A stretch of 56,169 nt of DNA, the filler included, from Squatina squatina (lineage: Eukaryota), in the NCBI GenBank assembly GCA_031763465.1. It is 3 parts of 3 records of this genome, joined end to end, with 100 filler letters (N's around TTAATTAATTAA, not from the genome) between each part and the next. Parts side by side here need not be neighbours in the genome. Positions count along the whole stretch, not along the records: positions 1 to 25,554 come from JARFOE010000162.1; 2 more parts are not named here. One strand, 5' to 3'. Positions 9,468-21,819 of the stretch are shown in pieces. Position 1 is the stretch's first letter. Every line of letters begins with the position of its first letter. The notes below the pieces were generated by a model. It saw nothing but the letters and a program-made list of their open reading frames with translations. It was not told the origin of the DNA and did not search any database. The translations under genes were made by a program, and so were the position numbers.

Positions 9468-12400
9468 CAGCCTTTTAATCTAGCTCGCCCAGCGGCAAAC
9501 TGATGGGATTGGATTACGCACTGCCCAATTTTACTTCCCATTGTCATTGATGGGACCATGATCCAGTCCCTTCAGGTTCCCACTGAGTGAGTTAAGCTAA
9601 AATGACCCAATACACAGTCTCAATCTCTTCAATCGGAGTGCGTTCGCCCATGTACACACATAATGCACTGTGCACATTGATAGTTTGCTGACTTTATGCC
9701 ATATTTTTGTTGGCTTCAGTCTTCTGGCTTGCTGAAGAGTGTTTACAGAGAAGAGGCAAGGATATCAAAAGTTCAACTCTCCTTCAGTATTAACTTGGAC
9801 AGTATGGTCACATAAAACTCCATCATTGTCCCCAAGCCATAACTCATTCAGTTAAAATAACAGGTTTTGAAAACTGAACTGTAAGGCTTCAAATTGCATC
9901 AATCTGGCACCAGAACTGAGAGAACCCAGGCGCTCAATATGTCAACTGCTTCTATGCTATGAATTGCAGCAGCATACCTGATAGATCCCCTTATCTCCCC
10001 ATGAACTCACAGTAACACAGACCTCATTGTCCAGCCCAACAGGTCCGAGAGGTGTTTTGCCTCCAAGCACCGAGAGGAGATGGGATTGAACTAGCGCCAA
10101 TTGAAACCTTGTCTTCAAGCCCCTGCAGCAATGCAGCGATGGAAGCTGCCTACCCTACCCAGCACCCCCAAATATCCTTGGCATTCAGCCTCGTATTTGA
10201 GCTGCTAAGGTTCACTGGCTAGAGACTGCTGAGCAGGAGAAATTGAAAATCAATTTGACTGGGTGAATTTGGAAGAATTTAAACTTTGTTCAAAGGGAGA
10301 CTGGATTCAGCTAAGTTGGCCATTGTAGCAATATTAGCAGTGCACATATAATGTGGAGCATCCTCGCATTGAAAGCAGAGCTCTCATCCTGCGTCAAGTA
10401 GGGGCCATTTCTGAATTTGCTATTTTTTTATATGACCGTGGATATACAGGGTAAATTCAAAGCGGTCTTTCTTTACCCACAAGATGGAGGCTGGAGCCCA
10501 TCTGCCGACAAGCCCCAAGCTCTTGGATCTGTAGATTTCCCACGATGTAAAAGCCTTGTCCTCGGACTGATCAGATTGCTTATGGTTAAAGTATTAATAG
10601 ATATGTGAGGCTTCTTTAAAGTGTGAAGAGTGTCTTGTCAAACGATGAGCGATTCTATCTAAAGGATTCACCATTGTACATTGTATTCGATTGATCAACA
10701 GCTCTTTGTTCAATAGCCTGATGACCTGGGTCCATAAACTGCAGTCTTTCCTCCATTGCTTTAACTTAGTTGATTCTAAAGTGTGGCTGGACCCTGTGTA
10801 GTGAGTATGAATATTGCCTCAGTTACACACAAACATCACGTTGTGAACTCTATGAAAGACTCTTTTTCTCTTGCAGATTATTGGACCATAACAAAATATG
10901 TTCTGAAGCTATTTTAGACGATTGCATACTGAATCAACCGTTATTGTTTTCTAAGCCCCATGGCAATGCTCAAGGTGAATCAGGGGTTATGCAAAAGTGC
11001 AACTTCTGAAGCATGTTGGCTAAAATCTGACAGGAAATAAACTTGATGCTCACAGGAAGTGTGTTGCATACTAGAGATTTATTATATCATATGGAATGTG
11101 CCATCAGTATTTTANNNNNNNNNNNNNNNNNNNNNNNNNNNNNNNNNNNNNNNNNNNNNNNNNNNNNNNNNNNNNNNNNNNNNNNNNNNNNNNNNNNNNN
11201 NNNNNNNNNNNNNNCCCCTCAGGATCACAATATCAGATCCCAGTGTGACAGAGGGCACAACAGATCACAGTAATCGTGTTCTGCTTCTTTTATTTACAAA
11301 AAGAATGAATCCTGGCTGATACAGTCACAGATATCAACGGAAAATACAGACAGCCAGTGTAAACTGCGCTGGGATTCTCAGTGATTCAGCCATATTGAGA
11401 TTCATTGCGAAGCACCATTCAAATCCCAGCCGTTTCAGAATTATAAAATAAATAAACAATCAGTGCCATCGCCCTGCAAACAAAATAGGTGTGACCACAT
11501 TGCAATCGCAGCTAAACATGGAAAGCACAACACCTTACAGTCTCGCAGCAGCAGTGCAGCCACACAGCTAATGCATGGCTGGGCAGTGCTCAGTTCTCTT
11601 AATGAAATGCCCACAGACAGCAGTACAGTGATACACCCACTCCCTCCCACACCGGACGGCTGGATCAATAGCTTATTCCATAGAATCAGATTGAATTCAC
11701 TTACTCCATTGCCAGTGCCATTCACTCTGCAGTGCTCCTGGTTATGGACGGGAGGGGGGGAGTGTCTCTCTGGTGNNNNNNNNNNNNNNNNNNNNNNNNN
11801 NNNNNNNNNNNNNNNNNNNNNNNNNNNNNNNNNNNNNNNNNNNNNNNNNNNNNNNNNNNNNNNNNNNNNNNNNNNGTCTTCTACAAAGCACCGTGCGTGG
11901 CACAGAATGCTGACCAGCATATTAAATAGCTACAAGGTAACAGATTGGATGAACTACAAATCACGCCAGTCTCATTTCCTGTTTCATTAACCATTATCAA
12001 TTTAAAACCATTACTTAAATACAAGACTACAACTCCAAAAGTCTGGAGTAGATAAGAACACAAGTAACATGCGAGTTAAAATGGCCCATAACATCCTGGC
12101 CTCAAGTAATTAATTGGCTGTGAAGTGCTTTGGGATGTCCTGAGGTTGTGTTAAATGCACTTCTTTCCTTCTTTCTTAACAATGTCCGACCAATACCTCA
12201 TGAACGGTCTTCAAAGAATGTTTGATCTTTAGACCTGGATCTCTACTCCCAGCCTTTGGTTTGTCCTTCGATGCAAGGGAAAGTCTCAAACTGCGATGAA
12301 ATCAGTTTTGAAGAAAGGGTATGAATTATAAACTGGAAAATTCTGACAACAGAGATCTCCATGGCAACTGTTTTCTTGCTCCGGTTTGTTCAATGTGGGA

Positions 12401-12483
12401 ATAAATGCGTCGCAGGGAGTTGGTACTCTCAATGCTTCAATAGGATATATATGAGAGATGTCACTGCTTTTTAAGGGGCCTGT

Positions 12484-13779
12484 TCAGTCTTTGAATCTCC
12501 TGCTGGCTTGAAGTTTCTTGAAGTAAGCTTCCTGGTCACTATCTGTGCTGGATTCCCGCTCACCGAGAAATACAGTGTTGGGCTTTCTTCTTAGCGTTGA
12601 GTCCCGACTGGAGGCAATGGTCAGTGTGTCGGAATTGGTTTCACTCCTCTCAGCCCCCGCGACGTTGATGGTGGCAACACNNNNNNNNNNNNNNNNNNNN
12701 NNNNNNNNNNNNNNNNNNNNNNNNNNNNNNNNNNNNNNNNNNNNNNNNNNNNNNNNNNNNNNNNNNNNNNNNNNNNNNNNNNNNNNNNNNNNNNNNNNNN
12801 NNNNNNNNNNNNNNNNNNNNNNNNNNNNNNNNNNNNNNNNNNNNNNNNNNNNNNNNNNNNNNNNNNNNNNNNNNACGAGTGGATGGGACCCGTGGGCATC
12901 GACTGTGACAATACTGGAGGAGTCACGCTCAGAAGGAGATTTGTAGTGTGAGGACTCGGAGCTGCTTGAGCCCTCCGAGTGTTTCGGAGTTACTGTTATC
13001 ATGCCTTGCTGCTTCGACATGGCAATGACTTGCATGATGCGTGGTTGGTTGTTGGGTCGTGGGACTCCTCCCTTCTCTGCCATGAGCATCCACTTTGCCC
13101 GAGCTGAGTTACCCTTGGGAGAGGTGCTGACATTTCCTTGGGTCTCTTCAGGAATATGAACCAGCTGCGAGGGCCCAGGCCTTGACTGGATCAGTACCCG
13201 GGCACCGCTACCTCTCTCGGAGTTTCTGGCTTGCACTGTGGGATACAGGGACGACGGCGTCGGCTCGTCTTGGTCGAACCCTGCGCCTCTCAACTCCAAA
13301 GCCGTCCTCATTTGGGGCTGTGACTGGCTGATGGACGGGTCGTGATCCAAAGACATGCCATCGATTGACTTCTGCTTCCACTGGGAAATGAGCTGCTTGG
13401 AACGAGAGGCGTCCATCGAGACGTGGATAGTCATGTGACGGCGGGCGGCTTCATCCAGATTCGGCGTGTTGACGCGGGGCAGTGTGTTGCTGAAGGTCAC
13501 CATGTTTTCCTTGCCCATCGGGCTGCGCGGCGCCAGCAGTTCCACATCGACGCTTGCCCGCTTCAGGCTGTTCAGGGAATTTTTCTCGCGCTGCGCCAGG
13601 TGGTGATCCAGCCCGTCGAGTCTCGGCTGCGGGGTCAGTTCGTCCGTGCTAAGGGATTTACTTTGCTGATAAACAGAGTCATGGCGTAGATGTGTCAGGG
13701 GCCTGAGCCCACCCTTAGGAGGAGGCTTCATGGGAGAAGCATCCTCCGATGCTTTGAAGTTGCCCACGGCATGAAATCC
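12484..13779 (-). CDS. PLPPR3: Phospholipid phosphatase-related protein 3, large terminal exon (cytoplasmic tail)
   Basis: HAVGNF...SLKRASVDVELLAPRSPMGKENMVTFSNTLPR...ARRHMTIHV..DASRSKQLISQWKQKS...YFKKLQASRRFKD* matches recalled PLPPR3. CAG acceptor at 13780-13782; the 194-N gap keeps frame. Confidence 0.9.
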   Translation of the reverse strand, partial: GFHAVGNFKASEDASPMKPPPKGGLRPLTHLRHDSVYQQSKSLSTDELTPQPRLDGLDHHLAQREKNSLNSLKRASVDVELLAPRSPMGKENMVTFSNTLPRVNTPNLDEAARRHMTIHVSMDASRSKQLISQWKQKSIDGMSLDHDPSISQSQPQMRTALELRGAGFDQDEPTPSSLYPTVQARNSERGSGARVLIQSRPGPSQLVHIPEETQGNVSTSPKGNSARAKWMLMAEKGGVPRPNNQPRIMQVIAMSKQQGMITVTPKHSEGSSSSESSHYKSPSERDSSSIVTVDAHGSHPLXXXXXXXXXXXXXXXXXXXXXXXXXXXXXXXXXXXXXXXXXXXXXXXXXXXXXXXXXXXXXXXXXXVATINVAGAERSETNSDTLTIASSRDSTLRRKPNTVFLGERESSTDSDQEAYFKKLQASRRFKD

Positions 13780-14239
13780 CTGCGAAAGTAAAATAAGGAA
13801 CAATATTAACCAGCTTTCATGGCCGAACTGTGGTTGAGACAGACAGATCAAATTCAGTTTAAACTCTGAAATTAGGAAACACCTGAATCGACGATGAAAA
13901 GGAGATCAAATCACTTTTTCACTTAAAGAGAAACTATGCTCATCAAGANNNNNNNNNNNNNNNNNNNNNNNNNNNNNNNNNNNNNNNNNNNNNNNNNNNN
14001 NNNNNNNNNNNNNNNNNNNNNNNNNNNNNNNNNNNNNNNNNNNNNNNNTTAAAAAGAGTAAAAGAGAATTGTTAAATTTGAGATGCGGCACCTAAAAGGA
14101 GAGGATAGTCAGTTAATGGAGGATAAATGAAAATTGGTGAGATAGTGAACAAATGTCTTTTGCTTCAGCATTTACATGAGTAAAGGATATTGGGAAGGAC
14201 GTAAATCTTGAATTGGTTCAAAGCGAAATGAGATATATT

Positions 14240-14610
14240 GGCCCAGATTTTCCTGCAAAATTGTAAGGGCGCTCAATTCGTAGTTTTATTTGGGCATTAA
14301 AATGGCGTTAAATGGGCACAAAGTGCTTAACGTCAACTTATAACATTAAGCTTTTTGGCGTGAAATTCGTCTAGCCGTTAACGCCGGCGTTAAACGGGCG
14401 AAAACCACTTTAGGCCACAATCGCGAGTTTTAGCGTTAAAGTGTCCTGTTGACGTCATCAGTGGGTGCATCGCCCAAATAAGACTAACGCCCTAAAGTTC
14501 AACAAGGCTACAATGCCTTAACTTTAGTGTTGTCAAAGCCCCGTTTTGGGGGCGTTGACACAACTCAACTCTCAACTTTGAGCGTTATAGAAAGCTCTGG
14601 AACTGGGCTT
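14240..14610. mobile_element. Probable non-autonomous DNA transposon (PIF/Harbinger-like MITE)
   Basis: Imperfect TIRs gcccag..cgctcaa / ttgagcg..ctgggc, with a CpG-rich interior carrying repeated GCGTTAA/TTAACGC motifs. Confidence 0.5.
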
Positions 14611-15329
14611 CAGTCTAATTTTGTTTCCCGGCTCCATTTTCATCAAATCACGTGACCTTTCACTTTAAAATCTCACTCTGACTCAATGCTGACTTCTCTT
14701 TGGTTTCATCTGAGGTTTGGCCATGTTGAAGATTTTGGCCACAGCCATCCTGGGTATTGCACTCACAGTCAAATGGATACTCATACAACATCATGTGCAA
14801 AACCAGATGAACAGAGGAGAGCTTCAAGACAGGCAGATAGATGTAGAGGCAGAGGTAAATGAAGCCAAGGTTTAGGAAGAAGCAGATCCATTGTTCTGGT
14901 GCCTCGATCGTGTTGGCTATGAGTACAAGTAAAAAGAAAGGAGTTTTCATTGTTACAGGTTCTACTTGGCTGAATGAGTGCTCAAAAGAAAATCAATTCT
15001 CTTGAATAATATAAGTCCTATTCTCTGACAACATGGCAAATAAGCTTGTGATAATAGCTGGCATTGTACATGATAATTAAGCTGCTGGCTTGTGTATGCA
15101 AATGCATTCATTACTATTCCCGTTGAAGTGAGGCTGGGTCGCACTGCCAAAAAAAACAGAACAGATGTGGGCTCCAAATTATACAGCACAAGTCACCAAC
15201 TAAGTGGATCACAACGTAAAGGATTCGCAATCAGTCCAAAATGCCTCCTAAAGGGTGGCAGGGACAGTTAGTTAGGAAGTGCACCTATTGGCAGTCATAT
15301 TCATGCAGGACAATCCCTTAGGAAAGGTT

Positions 15330-15907
15330 GACGTTCAGTTGCCTGTGCTTCTCCCCTCCTTTCCCCGAGCCCACTAAGCCACACTCCCCCTAAGGTCCCC
15401 CGCCCTAGCCCTGAACTCGCATCTCTCTCTAGTTTCTCTTCTATCTCCCCTAATGCCCCTTCCGTGCTCATCTTCTCCATGAGACCCACTTCCTGCTCCC
15501 TTGACTCTATTCCCACCAAACTGCTGACCACCCACCTTCCCTTCCTGGCCCCCATGTTAGCTGATATTGTTAATGGTTCACTCTCTCAGGGACTGTTCCC
15601 CTCCCCTTTAAATCTGCCATCATCGCTCCTCTCCTCAAAAAACCCCACTTATTCCTTCTGCCCTTGCCCCGTCTCCAACCTCCTCTTTCTTGAACAAATC
15701 CGTGCCCATCTTTCCCACAATTGCATGCAATCAGGTTTCCACCCCTGCCACTGTACTGAAATGGCCCTTATCAAACTGACATCCAGCTCTACCTCAACAC
15801 CATCTCTCCCGACCCCTCCACTCTCTCTAATTTGTCACATTGCTTGTCTGACATCCAGTACTGAACGAACAAAGATTTCCTCCAACTAAATATCGGGAAG
15901 ATCAAAG
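15330..15907 (+). mobile_element. L2-clade LINE ORF2 fragment
   Basis: PTSCSLDSIPTKLL...LADIVNGSLSQG...PVSNLLFLE...QSGFHPCHCTEMALIK motifs. Confidence 0.8.
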
Positions 15908-16007
15908 NNNNNNNNNNNNNNNNNNNNNNNNNNNNNNNNNNNNNNNNNNNNNNNNNNNNNNNNNNNNNNNNNNNNNNNNNNNNNNNNNNNNNNNNNNNNN
16001 NNNNNNN

Positions 16008-16145
16008 CTCTATTAACCAAAGGTATTAAGGGATATGGGGCAAATGCAGGTGGATGGAGATAGGCCACAGATCAGCCATGATCTCACTGAATGGCAGAAC
16101 AAGCTCGAGGGGCTGAATGGCCCACTCCTGTTCCTATATTCCTGT
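16008..16145 (+). mobile_element. CR1/HER1-type 3' tail
   Basis: aagggatatgggg...gatcagccatgatct...gaggggctgaatggcc..ctcctgttcct. Confidence 0.8.
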
Positions 16146-17221
16146 GTTAATGAAAGGCGCTGTATAAATCCACGTCCTTTCTTTCTCTTCAGAACAAGTT
16201 ACTTTTCTGTAACACTCCTCGCGCACAGGAGGATGTCTCGGAGTGGAGAGAAAGTGTCGATCAAACAGGGAAAGCCAGCGGAACAGAAAGGCTGGGGTGG
16301 GAAGACGGAAGACGGGTCAAAGAGAACTATTCCAATGAGCTTTTGGAAAGGAGGGACGGAGGCGGCAAGACAGATAGAGATGGGAGGGAGTTCCAGAAAA
16401 CAAGGATGCAACAGGCCAAAAGAACTTCTTCAACATTTCTTTCCCGCAGCCAATCTGAACAAGTCTTGGCAGTTTTACATTTGGCTGAATGGAGCCTCAA
16501 GTGTGGGCCTTTGCCCATTGTAAAGCAGTTGAGGTTTTTACAGAATTCATGGGCTGGCTGCATAGTTCCAGCCATTTTGTTTTTTCATTTCATAGTTCAA
16601 TCTTTGAGTGTTTTTTTTATACCTGAAGGAGAAATTGGCTCCCCTTCCCTTGCAAAGCAGCCAATCACAAAGCTCAAAAGGTTGACAGCGACGTCCAGTT
16701 GACCAGGAAACGTGCCAAGGCTGCAGCTTCACGTTGATCACATGGTCAATGAATGTTAAATGTATGTGTCACACAGTCCCTCTGCATGGGGTTCTTCATT
16801 ACCACCTGCCTTCAGAGTGGACATGCCCTACACACACTGTCACACCATCTCCGACCCTGTGAATCAAGGATTCATTATCACCAACAGCCAACTATTCACT
16901 CAATCTCAGAAGATTCTGCATTTGGTTGGGGCTGGATATGTCACACCTCCATACTGCCACCTGGGGTTTGAACGTGGGTTGTAAATCCACCCGAGGAAAT
17001 CATCCCCAAACTCAAAACAACCTAATGTCGAAGTATTTTCCCATCCTCCAACAAAACCACTTCACACAAATAAAGCCATAAAATGCTGGAAATATGTTTG
17101 TGGCATATGTTTGAGGAATAGACGAACAGTTATTTAAAACATATCTATTGAATATAGGTGAGGCCCCTTCATTCTCCAGTACGAAGAAATGTTGAATTTG
17201 TTTATTGGTTAATGTGATATC

Positions 17222-17668
17222 TCGGAACAGAAGTAGACCACTCAGCCCCTTGAGCCTGTTCAGCCATTCAATTCGATCATTGCTGATTTGTACCTTAACT
17301 CCATCTACCCAATTTGGTTCCATAACCTTTAATACCCTGGCCTAACAAAAGGCTATCAATCTCAGTTTTGAAATTTTCAACTGACCTAACCTCAACAGCT
17401 TTTTTGGGAGAGAGTTCCAGATTTCTGCTATCCTTGTGTGAAGAAGAGCCTCCTGACATCACTCCTCAGTGGCCCAGCTCTAATTTTAAGCTNNNNNNNN
17501 NNNNNNNNNNNNNNNNNNNNNNNNNNNNNNNNNNNNNNNNNNNNNNNNNNNNNNNNNNNNNNNNNNNNNNNNNNNNNNNNNNNNNNNNNNNNTTAAGAAC
17601 ATCAGAAATAGGAGCAGGAGTAGGCCATTCGGCCCCTCGATACATTCAATACAATCATGGCTGATCAC
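17222..17668 (-). mobile_element. CR1/HER1-type 3' end fragments (two, either side of a gap)
   Basis: Reverse complement of the same tail: ccactcagcccctt..agcctg..; ggagtaggccattcggcccctcga. Confidence 0.75.
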
Positions 17669-20350
17669 ACCAATAAAAGATGGACAGCATGTCTCATATC
17701 ATTCATGACCGGGCCTTAGTGGGTGAGAGAGAATGGGAAATACAGTCTCCACCACCCAAACCGCTGGGTCTAAGTCGGACCATCTTTTTAACCATTTTCC
17801 ATTTCCGTATAGTCCAATACAAAGCTGCTAGCCACCTGTTAAGCGCTTCAGGTATTTTGAGCAGAAACAGGTGTGCACTTGAGAGGTTCGCAGTTAAGGT
17901 ACAATTCCCTTGTATATTTAAACACCTCTAACTGGTGTCAGGTTACAGATTGCATCAAATCTGATTGCAATAAAAAACACATTCACTAAGTACATAACTC
18001 CTTGTTCAGGTCTAATTATCTTGTGTACTTAATCCCCTCTAAGTGGTGTGGGATTACAGTTTTGAGAGTGATTAGCTAGTCTTGTTCAATTATAATAATG
18101 CTGTCCCTTTAAACTATCTAATGCGAAGAACAGGCAAATCACGACAGCACCAACATGCCAGCTATAAGAGGTGGTACATCTAANNNNNNNNNNNNNNNNN
18201 NNNNNNNNNNNNNNNNNNNNNNNNNNNNNNNNNNNNNNNNNNNNNNNNNNNNNNNNNNNNNNNNNNNNNNNNNNNNNNNNNNNGAGCCTGGCTGTTAGGT
18301 AATTAATTCCAGAACTAGTTAAAAAAAAATAAAAGCATATTTTTACAAACTGTAATCTGTCAAAATAAAATGTATTAAGAAGTAACCAGTCTCAGATGAA
18401 TCTCTTTGTTAGAATGCTTTAAGCTGTACTTGACAAGCCAATAAGGTTGGTGTCCGGTATTAGCAGATTAATTTCAAAATCAATGTGGCTTTTCTAGGTG
18501 AATGGGAGCCAAAGTTACTTTCGGTTTGATTGATGTTGACCCAGTATAGTATATTATTGAATAAATGCATCAGATACTGAAGAAACCTTTGTTACACAGA
18601 ATACAATTTATAATACTGATTGTTTTAGAAAATGTTGGAACAAACTGTGTTAAATTCTGTTTGGTGCAGTGAGATGTTAACCCTTCGGCTGCCGTCAGCC
18701 ACAGGGAATTCTGTACTTCCGAAGTTGGGCATTTTTTGAAAAGAGTTTCAAACCACAGATCATAAAGTGGAAAAATCACATGGTCATAATGTAGCCTCAG
18801 ATGTAAAGGAGCAGCTGAATAACTGTAACATTCAAGTAGTATCCCTGTACTAGCCCTCATAATAGATTTGTAAAAATAAAGGTGTAGATTATCCGCTCGG
18901 GGCAGAATCGGCAAATTGTTCCCAGGATATGCTCGACACTGCATCGGTTTTGCCGAGGTGAAGTTTCACTCAGGTTTCCATGCCAACTCATTAGTGTACA
19001 TCCAATCATAAAATCTCCCTTGAATCAGTGCAATCGTAATCAATTTATGGCTGGAACAGAGAATTACCCAGCATCACAAAGAGGAGAGGGATGCCAAGAA
19101 ATAAACCATTCTTCAACTGACTGATTTAATGCTCTTGCCTTACTTATTAATTGGCTTCAATTGACTGCTTTTGGGACGTAAGACCAGCAGTAAATTGAAG
19201 CCCCACGGGTATGTCCTGCACTACCGTAAGTAACTGAAGTTAGACTAATCTATATTGAATTTAAAGTCATTTAAAGTAATTGCAGCAGCAATGGGAGAAA
19301 CTGACCTGGGTCAGGCTTGAATTGACTGCTGGTCACTGCAGGTACAGGTGGATTCATGTGGCCACAGTGCCTGTGCTCCCAAGAATCTAGGCACAATGCG
19401 ATGAAAACCCTAAACGGTTGCAATCGTAGAAATGCGCCAGTCTGACCTGGGGATGTGGCCAGTTTTCAGAGCAGGGATACAACATATTGAACTCTGAACT
19501 GTTTGCATCATTAAAGTGACCAAGTAAAACTGTTTTATGAGCCCACTCTTTCGGCCTATTTTACTGAAGTGTTAAGTTCCTAAAATTCCCTGCTTCCCAA
19601 GGAAGCAGACATGCTGAAACAAATTAAGTCATCAGGGGCTAATAACTGAGTTAATAAATATTGGTTCTTTAGTTCCACTAGTTACAAGATATTCTGATTA
19701 ATTATAGCCTTGACTTCTGGTAATATATCGTAGGAAAACAATTAAATGTTTCCTGACTGCAAGTGTTTTGTGTGACCACACACTTGTGACTACCTCTGGG
19801 CTCAGTTTTAATCCCCAGGTTTTGGCTGGGTGGGGGTGGGTCGATTACAAAACACATTCGCCTGTCTAGATTTCAGGCCTCGGGATTTTAAACCCCTGGC
19901 CTCATCTGCATGCCACTGGTCAGCTGTATGCCCGAAAAGGGTGGAAAGTGGTAGTTAGTCAGCAGGTGCGAGAGGGAGTTCGGCCGGCCAGAGACTACCA
20001 GCCAGCACCAAAGTGAGACTCAGCATTAAGCAGGTTATGTCATGGGTGGGGGCTTTGGGATGGGAGTCCATGTTGGGGACGTCTAAACATTTCTTGGAGG
20101 TCCTCTTCTGTCTAAAGGCCATCTGTAGAGCTGCTCAGCCTGATGGAAACCCACAACGGCTTCCATGGTCAGGCCCAGTTACAATGTAATCGGTGTCCCA
20201 CTGATGTAATTGGAATCTAATTTTCAGAAATCCAGGNNNNNNNNNNNNNNNNNNNNNNNNNNNNNNNNNNNNNNNNNNNNNNNNNNNNNNNNNNNNNNNN
20301 NNNNNNNNNNNNNNNNNNNNNNNNNNNNNNNNNNNNTTATTTTCAGTTGT

Positions 20351-20422
20351 GTGATGGTGGTGCAGTGGTAAGCATGGTTGCCTTCCAAGCAGTTGACCTG
20401 GGTTCGATTTCCAACTATCACC
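20351..20422 (+). pseudogene. tRNA-Gly(TCC)-derived sequence, probably a pseudogene
   Basis: Cloverleaf: acceptor GTGATGG/CTATCAC, D stem GTGC/GCAT, anticodon loop CTTCCAA, T loop TTCGATT. Defects: C61>T, C49-A65 mismatch, discriminator C, no T4 terminator nearby. Confidence 0.8.
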
Positions 20423-21696
20423 TCTCTTACTTTCTGCTTGTGGTTGAAATGATCCTGTCTGATTGCAAGTGGTTCTTCCAATAGCTTGCCAGGGCTTATG
20501 TTCAGCAACCTGATGTTCCAAGGTCCACAGACGAATCTTTGTTCTGTAAAGTCTGGCTGCCATATTTATATCACACGCTCACAGGCGAGACTCCGATCCA
20601 AGACCATATTATCAGCTCTCACTGCCAAAAGATATCAATGTTGGAGCTGAGACCAGTCCCTTGGAATGCATCAGAGGCTTTAACAATCTTGTTGGATATT
20701 TTCCATTTGGGTTCTGGGAATTGGTCCTCGAGACACCAGCAGTAGACAAAATGGGAAGAGTGTGAAAGGAATCCAAAAATGGGTTTTCACCTCTGTTGAG
20801 CGAGACTGAAATCCATTTGATTGTGGACAGATACTTGACATTAGAGTCGATTTCCTTAAATGCTCTCGTANNNNNNNNNNNNNNNNNNNNNNNNNNNNNN
20901 NNNNNNNNNNNNNNNNNNNNNNNNNNNNNNNNNNNNNNNNNNNNNNNNNNNNNNNNNNNNNNNNNNNNNNCAATTTTCACCTGGAGTCTTTTCCTCTCTT
21001 TTGCTTCAAGTCTCAGTACAGAACAAAAATATTAATTCAAAGAATTCTGTATGGTACAACTACTGGTACCTTCGTGTTCTTAATAGAAAGGATTGCAGCC
21101 ACACTCCGAGCCGAACAGAACTGTGCTCTGTGGCTGGGTTTGTGCAGGATGTACAATAATTGATGATGCGTGTAATCCTATGAGTTGGTATTGCTTTGTT
21201 CCTCCTTGGTACCAGTGATGATAGTTAATGCTGTTCCTAAGTTCATGGAAGGAGTTGCTTGACTTGCTATATGTAGCAAAATCAAATATATATTTTTAAT
21301 TAAATGACATTGTCACTAAGCATTGTGATGAGAATATTAACAAGAAACAGTTGAGGAAATCTAACCTGTGAAATTCATGACCTTTATCTTCCCCTTTATT
21401 ATCAAATTTCTCCATTGCCTGCTCCTGAAATACACTGTAACTTGAAATGAGCCTGTTGATCTTGCACACTCGTTTATTCTGACTGTACTGTCCTCTCTGA
21501 GTAGGGGTTCAATCTGCTTTAGCTTTGTGTGTGCATATGGGAAGGGGAATGAGGGCACCCTCTCTGACATGGATGAAGGGATAGAAACCTGAATGCAAAA
21601 TATAATTTCAGCTTTTGCACAGTGAACTTTAAAACTATCATAGAATTACACTGATGAAAGGTGCCAGAGCTTGACGGGCTAAATGTCTTTTTTCAG

Positions 21697-21819
21697 GAAG
21701 AAGAGGCCTACAGGAGAATGGTATGGGAGGAAAATATGAGATACATCGAACAGCACAACCTGGAGCACTCTATGGGGAAGCACACATTTACTGTGGGAAT
21801 GAACCAGTTTGGAGACCTG
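21697..21819 (+). CDS. Cathepsin L-like cysteine protease propeptide (I29 inhibitor) exon
   Basis: 123-nt phase-0/0 exon (TTTCAG / GTGTGT) encoding EEEAYRRMVWEENMRYIEQHNLEHSMGKHTFTVGMNQFGDL, with ERFNIN- and GNFD-type motifs. Confidence 0.9.

Noticed and set aside
18893-18957. Short imperfect hairpin (ctcggggcagaatcgg / tcggttttgccgag)
   Set aside because: Too short and bulged to distinguish from a decayed MITE or chance.
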